Assembly: GCF_964213995.1 (NCBI RefSeq)
Contig: NW_027590156.1
Location: forward strand, 682,001 to 746,000
DNA from: Mustelus asterias
Lineage: Eukaryota
Reading direction: 5' to 3'
DNA length: 64,000 nucleotides
A program made the translations under genes and the position numbers. The notes below the pieces were generated by a model. The model worked only from the letters and a program-made list of their open reading frames with translations. It made no database searches and was not told the origin of the DNA. Each line of letters begins with the position of its first letter. Within the stretch, counting starts at the first letter, position 1. Positions 1-11,525 of this stretch are shown piece by piece.

Positions 1-755
1 TGCACTTGGTAGTTGTGGCCCCATCTCATATAATATACTGGGAAGTGTCAACTTCAAGAACTTCCGCTGTTTCTTTTTAATCATTGTCAACATGGGGTCA
101 CTGGAAAAGCAATTCACGGACCCAGAATGATGCTTTGGGAAAAGTAGTTCAATCCCATCATATCAACTGATTACATTTAAATTCGATTTACGAGAAAAGT
201 AGTCAAAATTCTACCCCAGCAGCTGGTTAAGTTTAAATGTGATTAATTGATATTGAAAGCTACTCGCAATGATCGTTCCGAACGCGATCACTGCAAATCC
301 ACCTTGTTCACGAATGCACTTTGTGGAAGGAAATCTGCCTTCCTAGCCTAGCCTGGTCTGTGTGTGACTACAGAACAACTGTAGTCACATAACTAACTCT
401 CAAATAGCCCAGCCCGTTTCGAGGACAATTAGTGATCGACAAAATCTTGGACTTGTGACCGACACCCAATCAATATTTTTCTTTAAAAAGAGTAGTCATC
501 ATTTGATTAATAATAATACCTAAATTACAGCAGTCAGGAGAACAGCATATTCTTTACTTTTAATTGGGAAGGAAACGCTAAGTGAAAAAGTGATATATTG
601 ACGAGCAGAGGTCCTTCTCCCGAATCAGTAACGTTGCAGCTCAGGAAATATTCTCCTGGAGTGGAAACACAGATTCACGCCCCCACAACGCTCATAGATC
701 CACCCGCATTTCTGATACAACCAGTGCTAAACAAGTAAATCAACAGAAATTTCTT

Positions 756-1049
756 CATAAAATCCCTACAGTGCCGAAGGAGGCCATTCAGCCCATTAAG
801 CTTGCACCGACAACAGTCACACCAAGGCCCTATCCCCGTAACCCCACGTGTTAATCTCCTAATCCCCCTAACACTAAGGGACATGGCTATTCCACCTAAC
901 CTGCACATTTTTGGACTGTGGGACGAAACGCACGCAGAGACGGGGAGAAGGTGAAAACCCCACACAGACAGTTACCCAAGGCCGGAATTGAACCTGGGCC
1001 CCCTTTGCTATGAGGCAGGAGTGCCAGCCATTGTGCCACCGTGTCGCCC
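756..1049 (-). mobile_element. HE1/V-SINE-like tRNA-derived SINE, diverged
   Basis: Reverse complement has the GGGCGACACGGTGGCACAATGG head, a GGTTCAATTCC B-box, the central TCCCACAGTCCAAA block and a CR1-like tail. Confidence 0.85.
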
Positions 1050-1183
1050 ATTTACTAATACAGGATACATGAGGTGAGAGCAGAAAAATGGGACTGTGTG
1101 GTTACTGCCAATAGCAACGATATGCGAATGGTGCCAGAGGTTTTGTCGCCATCATTTCAAGTTGGGAGAAATATGTGACGACT

Positions 1184-1197
1184 GCGTCCTCTGGCGG
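1184..1197 (-). promoter_or_regulatory. CTCF-like motif
   Basis: Minus strand CCGCCAGAGGACGC, one mismatch to CCGCCAGAGGGCGC; AP-1 TGACTCA adjacent. Confidence 0.4.
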
Positions 1198-1526
1198 TGA
1201 CTCAGGTTACGTGACGCTGTCCGCAAGTGCAAGGTTGTCGATGGGCCGTCTCCAGCGGGCTTTTACTGAGAGACGTGTTTTCAAACAATGCAACTATATA
1301 AATAGACGTGAGTGAAATATGAGTAATTTGAAAGCACAATGCATTCAGGGTCATTTCTGAATCTCTTCCTTTCTCTCTTTCTCACAGCTTTTGGCTTTGT
1401 ATTTCGCACTCGTAATGTCTCACTTTCCTTCAATTCTCCTTTCATACTTTTCTGATTTGTTGTCCTCTGCCCGTAATCTTAAACCGAAAACCAATTCCAG
1501 GATTTTGACGCAAGGGAGCGGCGTTA

Positions 1527-1868
1527 CGTAGAGCACAGTGGTTTGCACTGCTGCTTCGCAGCTCCAGGGACCTGGGTTCGATTCCCAGCTCGGGTCACTG
1601 TCTGTGTGGAGTTTGCACATTCTCCTCGTGTCTGCGTGGGTTTCCTCCGGGTGCTCCGGTTTCCTCCCACAGTCCAAAGATGTGCGGGTTAGGTTGATTG
1701 GCCATGCTAAAAATTGCCCCTTAGTGTCCTGAGATACGGAGGTTAGAGGGATTAGCGGGTAAAATTAGCAGGGAAATGGGGTTGGGCTTTGGTGCGATTG
1801 TGGTCGGTGCAGACTCGATGGGCCAACTGGCCTCTTTCTGCACTGTAGCGTTTCTATGATTCTATGAT
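1527..1868 (+). mobile_element. HE1/V-SINE
   Basis: TAGAGCACAGTGG...GGTTCGATTCC pol III boxes, V-SINE core, tail TTTCTATGATTCTATGA. Confidence 0.9.
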
Positions 1869-2539
1869 ATGGTTCAAAATGAGGATGGTGTGCGGCTTGA
1901 AGGGGTGTTCTCATGCAGCTGTTCCTCTTATCCTTCTAGATGGAAGAGATTCCGGGTTCGCAAGGTGCTGTCGAAGCAGGCTTGACGGATTAATATAATC
2001 ACAATGTAAAGTATATGCATCAACTTCTAGTGTAGGATTGTGGTTTTGTTGGTTAACAAATAAGGAACTGTGGACGCCGTTATTTTTAAGTAGATTTGTT
2101 TATTGATGAGAAACGTTGTGCAAACATTGTTGCCCAGTCTGCCCAGAGGCATTGGAATGCAATGATTTATAGAGTCCACTCTCGAGGCCTCTTGTGCCAT
2201 CCACCTCCTGCTCTTCCAGTTACCATGCCCTAAGAGGGCATTGGTGACCATGAATGTCCTTATCATTCTGTGACTGTTTATTTCAAATTATTCCAGCGGA
2301 TTGCCATTGACCTCTGCCGTATTGTTGACCAGGCATCTGTTCCGTTCCCATCACCTGCCATCAGGAATACTGAAAGGGTTTACACGGCACACAGCCCCAG
2401 AATAGAGGGACGACACTATAGAACCGATTTGACTTTAATGTCTCTTTCCCGGGTGACTGTTTGCGTGCCAGGCAACCATCTTATGTGTACCCATCTGTAT
2501 ATGGGTACACATAAGATGGGACTTAATAGACATTAAACC

Positions 2540-3130
2540 CCCACCCCATCAACATCCTGGGAGTTGACAGAAAACTGAACTGGACCCAGGAATATAAATA
2601 CAGTGGCTACCAGAGCTGATCAAAGGTTAGGAATCCTGCGGCGAGTAACTCACCTCCTGACTCCCCAAAGCCTGTCCACCATCTACAAGGTACAAGTCAG
2701 GAGTGAGATGGAATACCCTCTACTTGCTTGGATGAGTGTAGCTGCAACCACACTCAAGAGGCTCGACAGAATGCAGGACAAATCAGCACGCTTGATTGCT
2801 ACCCATTGAACATTCATTCCTGCCACCACAGACGAACATTGACAGCCGTGTGCACCATCTGCAGGATACACTGCAGCAACTCACCAAGGTTTTTTTAGGC
2901 AGCACAATCCAAACACACGAGCACTGCCATCGAGGAGAAGAAGGGCAGCGGGCACATGGGAACACCCACAACCTCGAGGTTCCCTTCCAAGTTATTCTAC
3001 ATCCCTACATGGAAATATATCGTTGTTCCTTCACGGTCACTGGGCCAAATCACTGGAACTCCCTCACTAACAGCACAGTGTGTGTACCTGCACATCAGGT
3101 ACCACAAGAAGGCAGTTCACCACCACACAA
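2540..3130 (+). mobile_element. Degenerate non-LTR retrotransposon (CR1/L2 group) ORF2 3' fragment
   Basis: Encodes KLNWT...QRLGILRRVTHLL..SLSTIYK.QVRS.MEY, typical of the RT C-terminal region; frameshifted. Confidence 0.7.
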
Positions 3131-3590
3131 TACACCAATGTCAGCTGTGGGAATAGACTATCTTCGTGCTGCGAGGTGAGTCTCTGTCCCGGATTTATAA
3201 TAATAGTCGTGTTGCTAAGTGAGTCTGTGTGGAGGTTATTCTACATCTCATTTGTTATGAACTTCAGCAGACTTTGATCCATTCTGCATTGAGTGATCGG
3301 ACGAATGCCGAGGAGTCGGTGTCCGTGGGCTCATCTGAGTTAACAATTCTGGATGAACAGCCGGTAATTTTCTGCTATATTACCTCCACTTCTGAGCGCA
3401 TCCTTCAGCTGATAGCTCGATACTCCTGGTATCTGCTTACTATATAAATCGCGGCATGGGGTTTAGTCTCGAGATTTACCAAAGTGTTTCTATGATGATT
3501 TGAACAAGGTCAAATTGTCTGGTAAATAGAATCGCCGCCTTCGTGAACATGTGATCAAAACATCTTCATGGAGTTGTAAATACTCGCTGA

Positions 3591-3629
3591 GGTTTTTGTA
3601 CGGGGTTTCAGCTGTAATCTAACGCTGTG
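3591..3629 (-). other. Recombination signal sequence, 23-bp spacer
   Basis: Minus strand heptamer CACAGCG (3629-3623), 23-nt spacer (3622-3600) and perfect nonamer ACAAAAACC (3599-3591), directly after YYCAVR. Confidence 0.93.
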
Positions 3630-4114
3630 CCTCACTGCACAGTAATAGACCGCCCGTCCTCCAAACTGAGGGCGCTTATATTGAGGGAGCCGCTCTGTGT
3701 GGACTTGTCAGTAGCCGCCAGATATCGTCCTGAAACTTCATTTTCCTCCACTACTAATGCATTGGTAATAATCCATCTCGGTGGCTGTGCCGGTTTCTGC
3801 TGATACCATTTTGTAGCTCATCTCCTTGTCTGTATAGTTACAATCCAACTGCACCGAATCCCCTTCTGATGCTGTTATTGTCACCGGTGACTGAGTTACT
3901 GGATCTGCGCACAGTCCACCTGTAAAGGTAGAGGAATTAAATATCAAGAGTTCATGTAAATTTATAGTTTTTGGAACCTCCCATCTACACCTCACATGGA
4001 TATTTTTGATGGTTAATTAAATTGGCATCTTTGTGTATAAATATGTTCCCGTGGTTTGATGAACGTTATCCGGTACTTACTGTGCAAGAGCGCCGCCAGA
4101 ATGATCAGAAACAT
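3630..4114 (-). pseudogene. TCR alpha/delta-type V gene segment (leader exon 4114-4081, V exon 3919-3630), frameshifted as assembled
   Basis: Leader MFLIILAALLH + GTAAGT donor; acceptor TTTACAG; DPVTQSPVTITASEGDSVQLDCNY...WYQQKP...SGSLNISALSLED-AVYYCAVR; +1 nt before WYQ and -1 nt before AVYYC. Confidence 0.88.
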
Positions 4115-4386
4115 GTCCGAGTGGATTTATTTCAGTGAATGAGAATGGAGGAGTCAGAGAGTGAGAAAGAGAGCGGGAACCCAGACTCTGCTCCGTTGAT
4201 TGCAGTGTGAGTGAGTGTGAGTCAGTTTGTCTGTGTGGGTGTGATTGTGGGGAGGGGAAGTGGAGTCTATTGTGACCTCAGCAGCCTACCATCCATACAG
4301 GCTCCAGTGATAATGTCACGTGAGATTGTAGCACCCCCCCCCCTCCCCCCGACATCCCTCCCCATTCCAAAACCGGGCTCGAGATT

Positions 4387-4402
4387 GGCGCCCTCTGCTG
4401 AC
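4387..4402 (-). promoter_or_regulatory. CTCF-like motif about 275 bp upstream of the V leader
   Basis: Minus strand GTCAGCAGAGGGCGCC matches the CTCF core; CRE-like TGACCTCA at about 4273. Confidence 0.55.
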
Positions 4403-4608
4403 AAATGTTGTTTAATGCAAGTTCGCATTTGGCTGTTGAGTCGATTCAGGGTTTACTCCAACACATACCAAGGCACAAGTGCTGCCCAGAAATCCGAATT
4501 GGTGCTCTGTAGAAAGTCCTTGTTACGTTTCCTACTTACATCGTAAAATGATGCGGGCATCATTCCTGGAATTCTCTGTTCAAATCCCGGGGACACCGAA
4601 GTCCAGAG

Positions 4609-4960
4609 CATACCAAGACTTTGGGAAAAGTGCGGTACTGGGGAAGATATTTCCGTGTAAATCAGAGAGACGAGGATCCAAGGGCACAGCCTCAGAGTAA
4701 AGGGATGATCCTTTAAAGTAGAGATGAGGAGGAATTTCTTCAGCCAGTGGGTGGTGAATCGATGGAATTCATTGCCACAGAAGGATGTGGAGATCAGGTC
4801 ATTGAGTAGATATGTTTTTGATTTGTAAGGGGATCAAAGTTTCCGGGAAAAGGCGAGAGAATGGGGATGAGAAACTGAGCAGCCACAATTGAATGGCGGA
4901 GCAGACTTGATGGGTCGAATGGTCTAATGCTATTCCTATATCTTATCGTCTTAAGGGCTT
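4609..4960 (+). mobile_element. CR1 LINE 3' fragment
   Basis: GAGATGAGGAGGAATTTCTTCAGCCAG...TGGAATTC CR1 ORF2 end plus 3' UTR. Confidence 0.75.
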
Positions 4961-5442
4961 ATGGTTATAAATCAGAATAGTGCCAGGGATCAACAGACTA
5001 ATTTGGTTTATTTTGCTTACAAACAAGAAGGTACAAAGGCGACTCAGTTGATATGTTTAGAATTTTCCCCTTTTCAGAGAGTAAAATTTAATATTATAGA
5101 TACATTGTAAAGTCACTGCTTCTCCTGTTGTCTTTACTGCTGAGGACAGCGGCCGAGTGACAGAATCTCAGTGACCCATATCTGGGAAAAGGTTGTCTTT
5201 GGAGGAGGTGGACTCATAAGAAAATATTCACGTTCATTCAGTTTGGCACTCGACATTCTTTGTGTAGTGTAGCGGGTAACATCTGTATTTTATACACGAC
5301 AGCGCCCAGTTCCAAACAGTCGAGTTAGCAAAATACTAACATGCTTCGTTTGTTCAACAATTTCGGGCTTTTACCAAGGATTTCTGAGCTGCTTTGGATA
5401 CAAGCAAACCAGTTATATTCCGGTGAAAGCGCCGGTTGCGTA

Positions 5443-5505
5443 GGCTCATTGGTCTAGGGGCATGATTCTCGCTTTGGGCATTTGAGGTGAAACTGTGTGA
5501 GAGGT
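5443..5505 (+). tRNA. tRNA-Pro(TGG) pseudogene, 3'-truncated, with a 15-17 nt insert after position 37
   Basis: GGCTCATTGGTCTAGGGGCATGATTCTCGCTTTGGG matches the vertebrate tRNA-Pro 5' half; resumes as TGTGAGAGGT (5496-5505); T-arm replaced by CR1 sequence. Confidence 0.8.
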
Positions 5506-5622
5506 TGACTGGGACAGCCATCGTATTAGAGGGTTGGATGGAGCGAAATTTGTTGAGTGTATTCAGGAGGAATTTCTCATTCCCGACGAGAGGGGGCAAA
5601 ACTTTACTTCCTCTTGGGAAAT
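5506..5622 (+). mobile_element. Short CR1 ORF2 endonuclease fragment
   Basis: WDSHRIRGLDGAKFVECIQEEFL...LLGN is EN-domain sequence placed upstream of an ORF1. Confidence 0.6.
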
Positions 5623-8600
5623 AATGTGTTGTTTCTGCATGATGTGGGAGCTGGTGGACCCCACTGTTGTTCCCAGTGAGCATGTCTGCAGTAAGTGTTG
5701 GTTGCTTGAGGTACTCCGGCTCAGGGTTGATGAGCTGGAGTCTGAGCTTCAGACACTGCGACATATCAGGGAGGGGGAGAGTTACCTGGACGCTGTGTTT
5801 CAGGAAGCAGTCACACCCCTTAGACTAACTAATTCAGCCGAGGGTCAGGGACAAGAGGGTGTGGCTGCGAGCGAGGCAGGAAGTGGGATCCAGAAGGTAG
5901 AGTTGCAAGAGCCTCAGTCCCTGAATCTGTGCAACACGTTTGAGATTCTTGCTCCCAGTGTGGACGGGAATGGGGACTGCAAGGAGGACGAGCAAACTGC
6001 CCATGGCACCGTGGTACAGGGAGCCGTTCAGGTGGAAGAAGAAAAAAGAAATGTAGTGGTAATTGGGGATAGTGTAGTTAGGGGTATTGACACTGTTCTT
6101 TGTGACCAAGATCGAGAATACCAAAGGTTGTGTTGCCTGCCTGGTGCTTGGGTCCAGGATATCTCATCTGGGCTGCAGAGGAACTTGGAGTGGGAGGGTA
6201 AGAATCCAGTTGTAGTGGTCCACGTAGATGTCAACGACATAGGCAGAACAGGAACAGTGGTTCTGCAGAGGGAGTATGAAAAGCTAGGAGCCAAATTAAA
6301 AAGCAGAACCAACAAGGTGGTAATCTCTGGATTACTACCTGAGTCACAAGCGAATTGGCGTAGGGTCAATAAGATTAAGGAGGTAAATGGGTGGCTCAAA
6401 GATTGTTGTGGGAGGAATGGGTTTGAATTCATGGGATATTGGCACCAGTATTGGGGAAGATGGGACCTGTTCAGATGGGATGGTCTTCGTCTGAATCGTG
6501 CTGGGACCAGAGTCCTGGCGAATCGTATAACCAGGGCTGTAAATAGGGCTTTAAACTGAATAGTGAGGTGGGGGGGGGGGGGGGGAGGGTGAGGGAGGGA
6601 GGGTTCAGGGGCATGGGGAATTACAAAATCAAAGGTAAAGGAGAGGGTATGAGTGCAGGTTAATGATGAGGACATTCACCGAGTTAAAGGAGTCAAGGGC
6701 TCAGGCAGAGTAAAAAAGGTGACAAACACAAGAAGAGAGGTGGTTAACACAGTGCAAGGAGATGGTCTGGGGAAGGATAACCAGTTTGAGACAGGTAGGG
6801 ACAGAGCGTGCAATCAGAAGAATGCACTAACAAATCAGGTCCATATAAAGGCTAGCATAAAGACACTTTACCTGAATGCACGTAGCATTCGAAACAAAGT
6901 GAATGAGTTGATGGCACAAATCAGTACAAATGGGTATGATCTAGTGGCCATTACAGAAGCGTGGTTGCAGGGTGACCAGGACTGGAAACTGAATATCCAG
7001 AGGTATCAGACATTTCGGAAGGATAGACAGGAAGGAAAAGGAGGTGGGGTAGCTCTGTTAATTAAAGATAACATCAGGGCGGTAGTGAGAGACGATATAG
7101 GCTCTAAGGAGCAGAATGTGGAATCGTTGTGGATGGAGATAAGGAATAGTAAGGGGAGAAAGTCACCGGTGGGCGTGGTCTATAGGCCCCCAAATAATAA
7201 CTTTGAGGTGGGTCGGGCTATAAACAAGCAAATAATGGGTGCGTGCAAAAACGGAACAGCAATAATCATGGGGGATTTTAACCTGCATATTGATTGGTTG
7301 ACTCAAGTCGGACACGGTGGACTTGAGGAAGAGTTCTTAGAATGCTGTCGGGATAGTTTCCTCGAACAGTATGTTACAGAACCTACGAGGGAGCAAGCTA
7401 TCTTGGATCTGGTCCTGTGTAATGAGACAGGTAAAATTAATGATCTTCTTGTGAGGGATCTTCTTGGAATGAGTGATCACAATATGGTTGAATTTCTAAT
7501 ACAAATGGAGGGAGAGAAAATAGGGTCCCAAACCAGTGATCTCTGCTTGAACACAGGGGAGTACAATAGGATGAGGGCAGAATTGGCTAATGTAGACTGG
7601 GAGTGCAGACTAGTTGGTAGGACAGCTGAGCAACAGTGGTGGATTTTTAAGGAGATTTTTCTCAGTACTCAGCAAAAATATATTCCTGTGATAAAGGGGA
7701 AATATGAATACATAAGGCAGCTAATTAGAGGAGTAAATTGGAAGGAGGGATTCTCGGGGAAATCTACTGAAGAGAGGTGGCAGTTTTTCAAGGAATGTCT
7801 GTCTAGGGTTCTACAGGACAATGTTCCGAGCAGGCAGGGAGGAGTTGGTAGGTTAAAGGAACCGTGGTGCACGAAAGCTGTGTGGGACCTAGTCGAGAAG
7901 AAAGGAAGTGTATAAAAGGCTTAGAGAGCTTGGCGAAGATAGGGATTTAGAAGAGTATAGGGCTTGTAGGAAGGGACTAAAGAAGGAAATTTGGAGACCC
8001 AGAAGGGGTCACGAGAAAGCCTTGGCAAGTAGAATTAAGGAAAACCCTAAGGCGCTTTATAAATATGTGAAGAGTAAAAGGATGAGACATGAAGGAATAG
8101 GGCCTATAAAAGGTGAAGGCGGGAAAGTCTGTACGAAACCAGTAGAAATGGCAGAGGTGCTTAATGAGTATTTTGCCTCGGTTTTCACAGAGGAGAAGGA
8201 CATGGGTGGATGTACTGTGGACTTGCGGTGGACTGAAAAGATTGAGTATGTGGACTTTAACAAAGAGGTTGGAATCTTTGAATGGCATCAAGATAGATAA
8301 GTCGCCGGGTCTGGATGGGATGTACCCCAGGTTACTGTGGGAGGCAAGGGAAGAGATTGCAGAGCCTCTGGCGATGATCTTTGCGTCGTCGATGGAGACG
8401 GGAGAGGTTCCGGAGGATTGCGGATGTGGTTCCTATTTTCAAGAAGGGGAATAGGGATAGCCCAGGAAATTACTGACCGGTGAGTCTAACCTCAGTGGTT
8501 GGTAAGCTGATGGAGAAGATCCTGAGGGACAAGATTTATGAGCATTTAGAGAGGTTTAGTATGCTCAAGAATACTCAGCATGGCTTTGTCACAGGCAGAT

Positions 8601-10562
8601 CGTGCCTTACAAGCCTGGTGGAATTCTTTGAAAATGTGACTAAACACATTGATGAAGGGAAAGTGGTAGGTGTGGTTTACATGGATTTTAGCAAGGCGTT
8701 CGATAAGGTCCCCCATGCAAGGCTTCTCGAAAAAGTGAGAGGGCATGGGATCCAAGGGGCTGCTGCCCTGTGGATCCAGAACTGGCTTACCCAAAGGAGG
8801 CAGAGAGTGTGTATTGATGGGTCTTTTTCTAAATGGAGATCGGTCACCAGTGGTGTGCCCCAGGGATCTGTTCTGGGACCCTTGCTGTTTGTCATTTTCA
8901 TAAATGACCTGGATGAGGAAATGGAGGGATGGGTTGGTAAGTTTGCCGACGACACGAAGGTTGGTGGGGTTGTGGATAGTCTGGAGGGATGTCAGAAGTT
9001 ACAGAGGGACATAGATAGGATGCAAGTCTGGGCGAAGAAGTGGCAGATGGACTTCAACCCAGATAAATGCGTAGTGGTCCATTTTGGCAGGTCAAATGGG
9101 ATGAAGGAGTACAATATAAAGGGAAAGACTCTTAGTACTGTCGAGGATCAGAAGGACCTTGGGGTCCGGGTCCATAGGGCTCTAAAATCGGCCCCATAGG
9201 TGGAGGAGGTGGTTAAGAAGGCGTATGGTGTGCTGGCCTTTATCAATCGAGGGATTGAGTTTAGGAGTCCGGGGATAATGATGCAGATATAGAAGACCCT
9301 CGTCAGACCCCACTTGGAGTACTGTGCTCAGTTCTGGTCGCCTCATTACAGGAAGGATGTGGAAAAGATTGAAAGGGTGCAGAGGCGATTTACAGGGATG
9401 TTGCCTGGATTGAGTGGCATGCCTTATGAGGATAGGCTGAGGGAGCTCGGTCTTTTCTCATTGGAGAGACGTAGGATGAGGGGAGACCTAATAGAGGTAT
9501 ATAAGATGTTGAGAGGCATAGATCGGGTGGACTCTCAGAGGCTTTTTCCCAGGGTGGAAATGGCTGCTACGACAGGACACAGGTTTAAGGTGCTGGGGTG
9601 TAGGTGCAGGGGAGATGTTAGGGGGGAGTTTATCACATGGAGGGTGGTGGGCGAATGGAATTGGCTGCCGTCAGTGGTGGTGGAGACAAAGTCAGTAGGG
9701 TCTTTTAAGAGACTCCTGGATGAGTACATGGAGCTTAATAGGATGGAGGGTTATAGGTAGGTCTAAAAGGTAGGGATATGTTCGGCACAACTTGTGGGGC
9801 CGAAAGGCCTGTTTTGTGCTGTAGTTTTCTATGTTTCTATGTTAGAGAAGGAATCTAAGAAAAGGGATAACCAGCTGTGGATAACTAAGGAAATAAAGGA
9901 GAGTATTAAATTAAAAACCGATGCGTACAGAGTGGGCAAAACTAGTGGGGGATTAGAAGGTTGGGAAAGCTTTAAAAAACAACAAAGAATTACTAAGAAA
10001 GTGATAAAGAAAGGAAAGATAGATTATGAAACTAAACTAGCACAAAATATAAAAACTGATAGCAAACGTTTTTACAAATGTATAAAAAGGAAAAGAGTAG
10101 CTAAAGTAAATGTTGGACCCTTAAAAAGACGAGAAGGAGGATTTAATAATGGGAAACAAGGAAATGGCCAAGGCCTTAAACAAGTTCTTTGTGTCGGTCT
10201 TCACGGTAGAGGACACAAATAGCTTACTGAAAATTGACGGTCGTGGGACTATAGGGGGTGAGGTCCTTAAAACGATTACTATTACTAAAGAGGTAGTGCT
10301 TGGTTGGCTAATGGGACTAAAGGTAGACAAGTCCCCGGGCCCGGATGGAATGCATCCCAGGGTCCTGATAGAAATGGCAGAAGTAAAACAGATGCATTGG
10401 TTGTAATTTATCAAAATTCGCTGGACTCTGGGGAAGTGCCGGCTGATTGGAAAACAGCTAATGTGATGCCACTGTTTAAAAAAGGAGGTAGACAAAAAGC
10501 GGGTAACTACAGCCCGGTTAGCTTAACGTCCGTAGTTGGGAAATTGCTGGAATCCATCATTA
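5623..10562 (+). mobile_element. CR1 LINE (host copy): ORF1 about 5623-6559, ORF2 about 6653-7694 and about 9842-10562; 3'-truncated and interrupted by a second CR1
   Basis: ORF1 has CxxC..CxxC, a coiled coil and an SGNH esterase (IGDS, CLPGA, DGL.LN); ORF2 has APE motifs NARS, GGGVA, YRPP, GDFN, SDH; continues KESKKRDNQLWIT after the insert. Confidence 0.9.
7695..9841 (+). mobile_element. 5'-truncated CR1 LINE nested in the host CR1; RT pseudogene
   Basis: QHGF, YMDFSKAFD, GVPQGSVLGP, KFADDTK; stops and frameshifts; ends TTCTATGTTTCTATG. Confidence 0.9.
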
Positions 10563-11525
10563 AACATTTCTAAAACAAAAAGGTAAAAGTGATGGTCAAT
10601 TGAGCCAGGATTTTATTCTGGGACCTTCCTGTCCAGAAGTCCAGAAGTAACATCAGCTGAGATTGTAACTTAGCAGCAGAAACCCATCTTCTGTTCTATT
10701 CCCCCAATTCCCACAAAATAGTTTTTAGATTTGGGTGAGTTTGTATAAAATTGACAACGGTGGAGATTCAAGACACTTAACAAGTGAATAAAGGCAAAAG
10801 ATTCCACAGATTCTGCACAAACAAAATAAACTTTACTATACACAATGATAAAGGGAAAACAAGTTACAATATGTGGAAGGTAAAACATTCAAGGACTTTA
10901 GAGAGGAAAGGGAGATGGGATGGTAGTTTACAAGGGCATGTGTCAAAGATATTTTATTGAGAAGTGGGTGATGATATCGGATTTGAAGGAGAGGAAGATA
11001 TTGACAATATCAGCTGATATGGAGAAGTTGTGCTGTCAGTAGGACAGTGGGAATAGGATTGAGGGATCAAGAGATGGGTCTCATGGGCAAGATGAGCTCT
11101 AAGAGGACATGAGGGGAGGCAGGAGAGAAACTGCAGAAAGATGAGAGTTCAGAGCTCAGACAAAGGGGAGCGTTAGAGGAGGTTTGTTCCAGTGGGTTAG
11201 GGGAAGGAGGGAAGCAGGAGAGGCAGCTGATTGGATTGTCTCAAACTTAGTGACAAAGAAGATTGTGAGTTTTATTCCCAATGAGCACTTGTGGGGAGGT
11301 GAAGATGGGAGAGGGACAATGGGAGAGCAACTCAGAAGGAATTCAGTTGTACTGATGATATTAAAAAGATTCACAGCACTGAACACAAAGATAATTTATT
11401 TGACTTTTATTCAGAATATTAAACCGTATAACTGGCTGGAGTTCATTAACATCAACAAAAACAAACACAATGAACATATTAGAGTCCTGGATAGGATTAA
11501 CAGCAGATTCCAATCACTGTGGTTA

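Noticed and set aside
1420-1732. Recurrent [14 protein letters not shown] / [11 protein letters not shown] ORFs (also at 21.1, 23.4, 26.5, 31.4 and 63.7 kb)
   Set aside because: Translations of HE1 SINE copies, not genes
4577-4590. GTTCAAATCCCGG resembling the missing tRNA-Pro T-arm
   Set aside because: Too short, upstream of the 5' half, and lacks the acceptor-stem match
5534-5622. N-terminal extension of the 341-aa ORF
   Set aside because: Chance in-frame fusion of a CR1 endonuclease fragment to ORF1 with a non-ATG start
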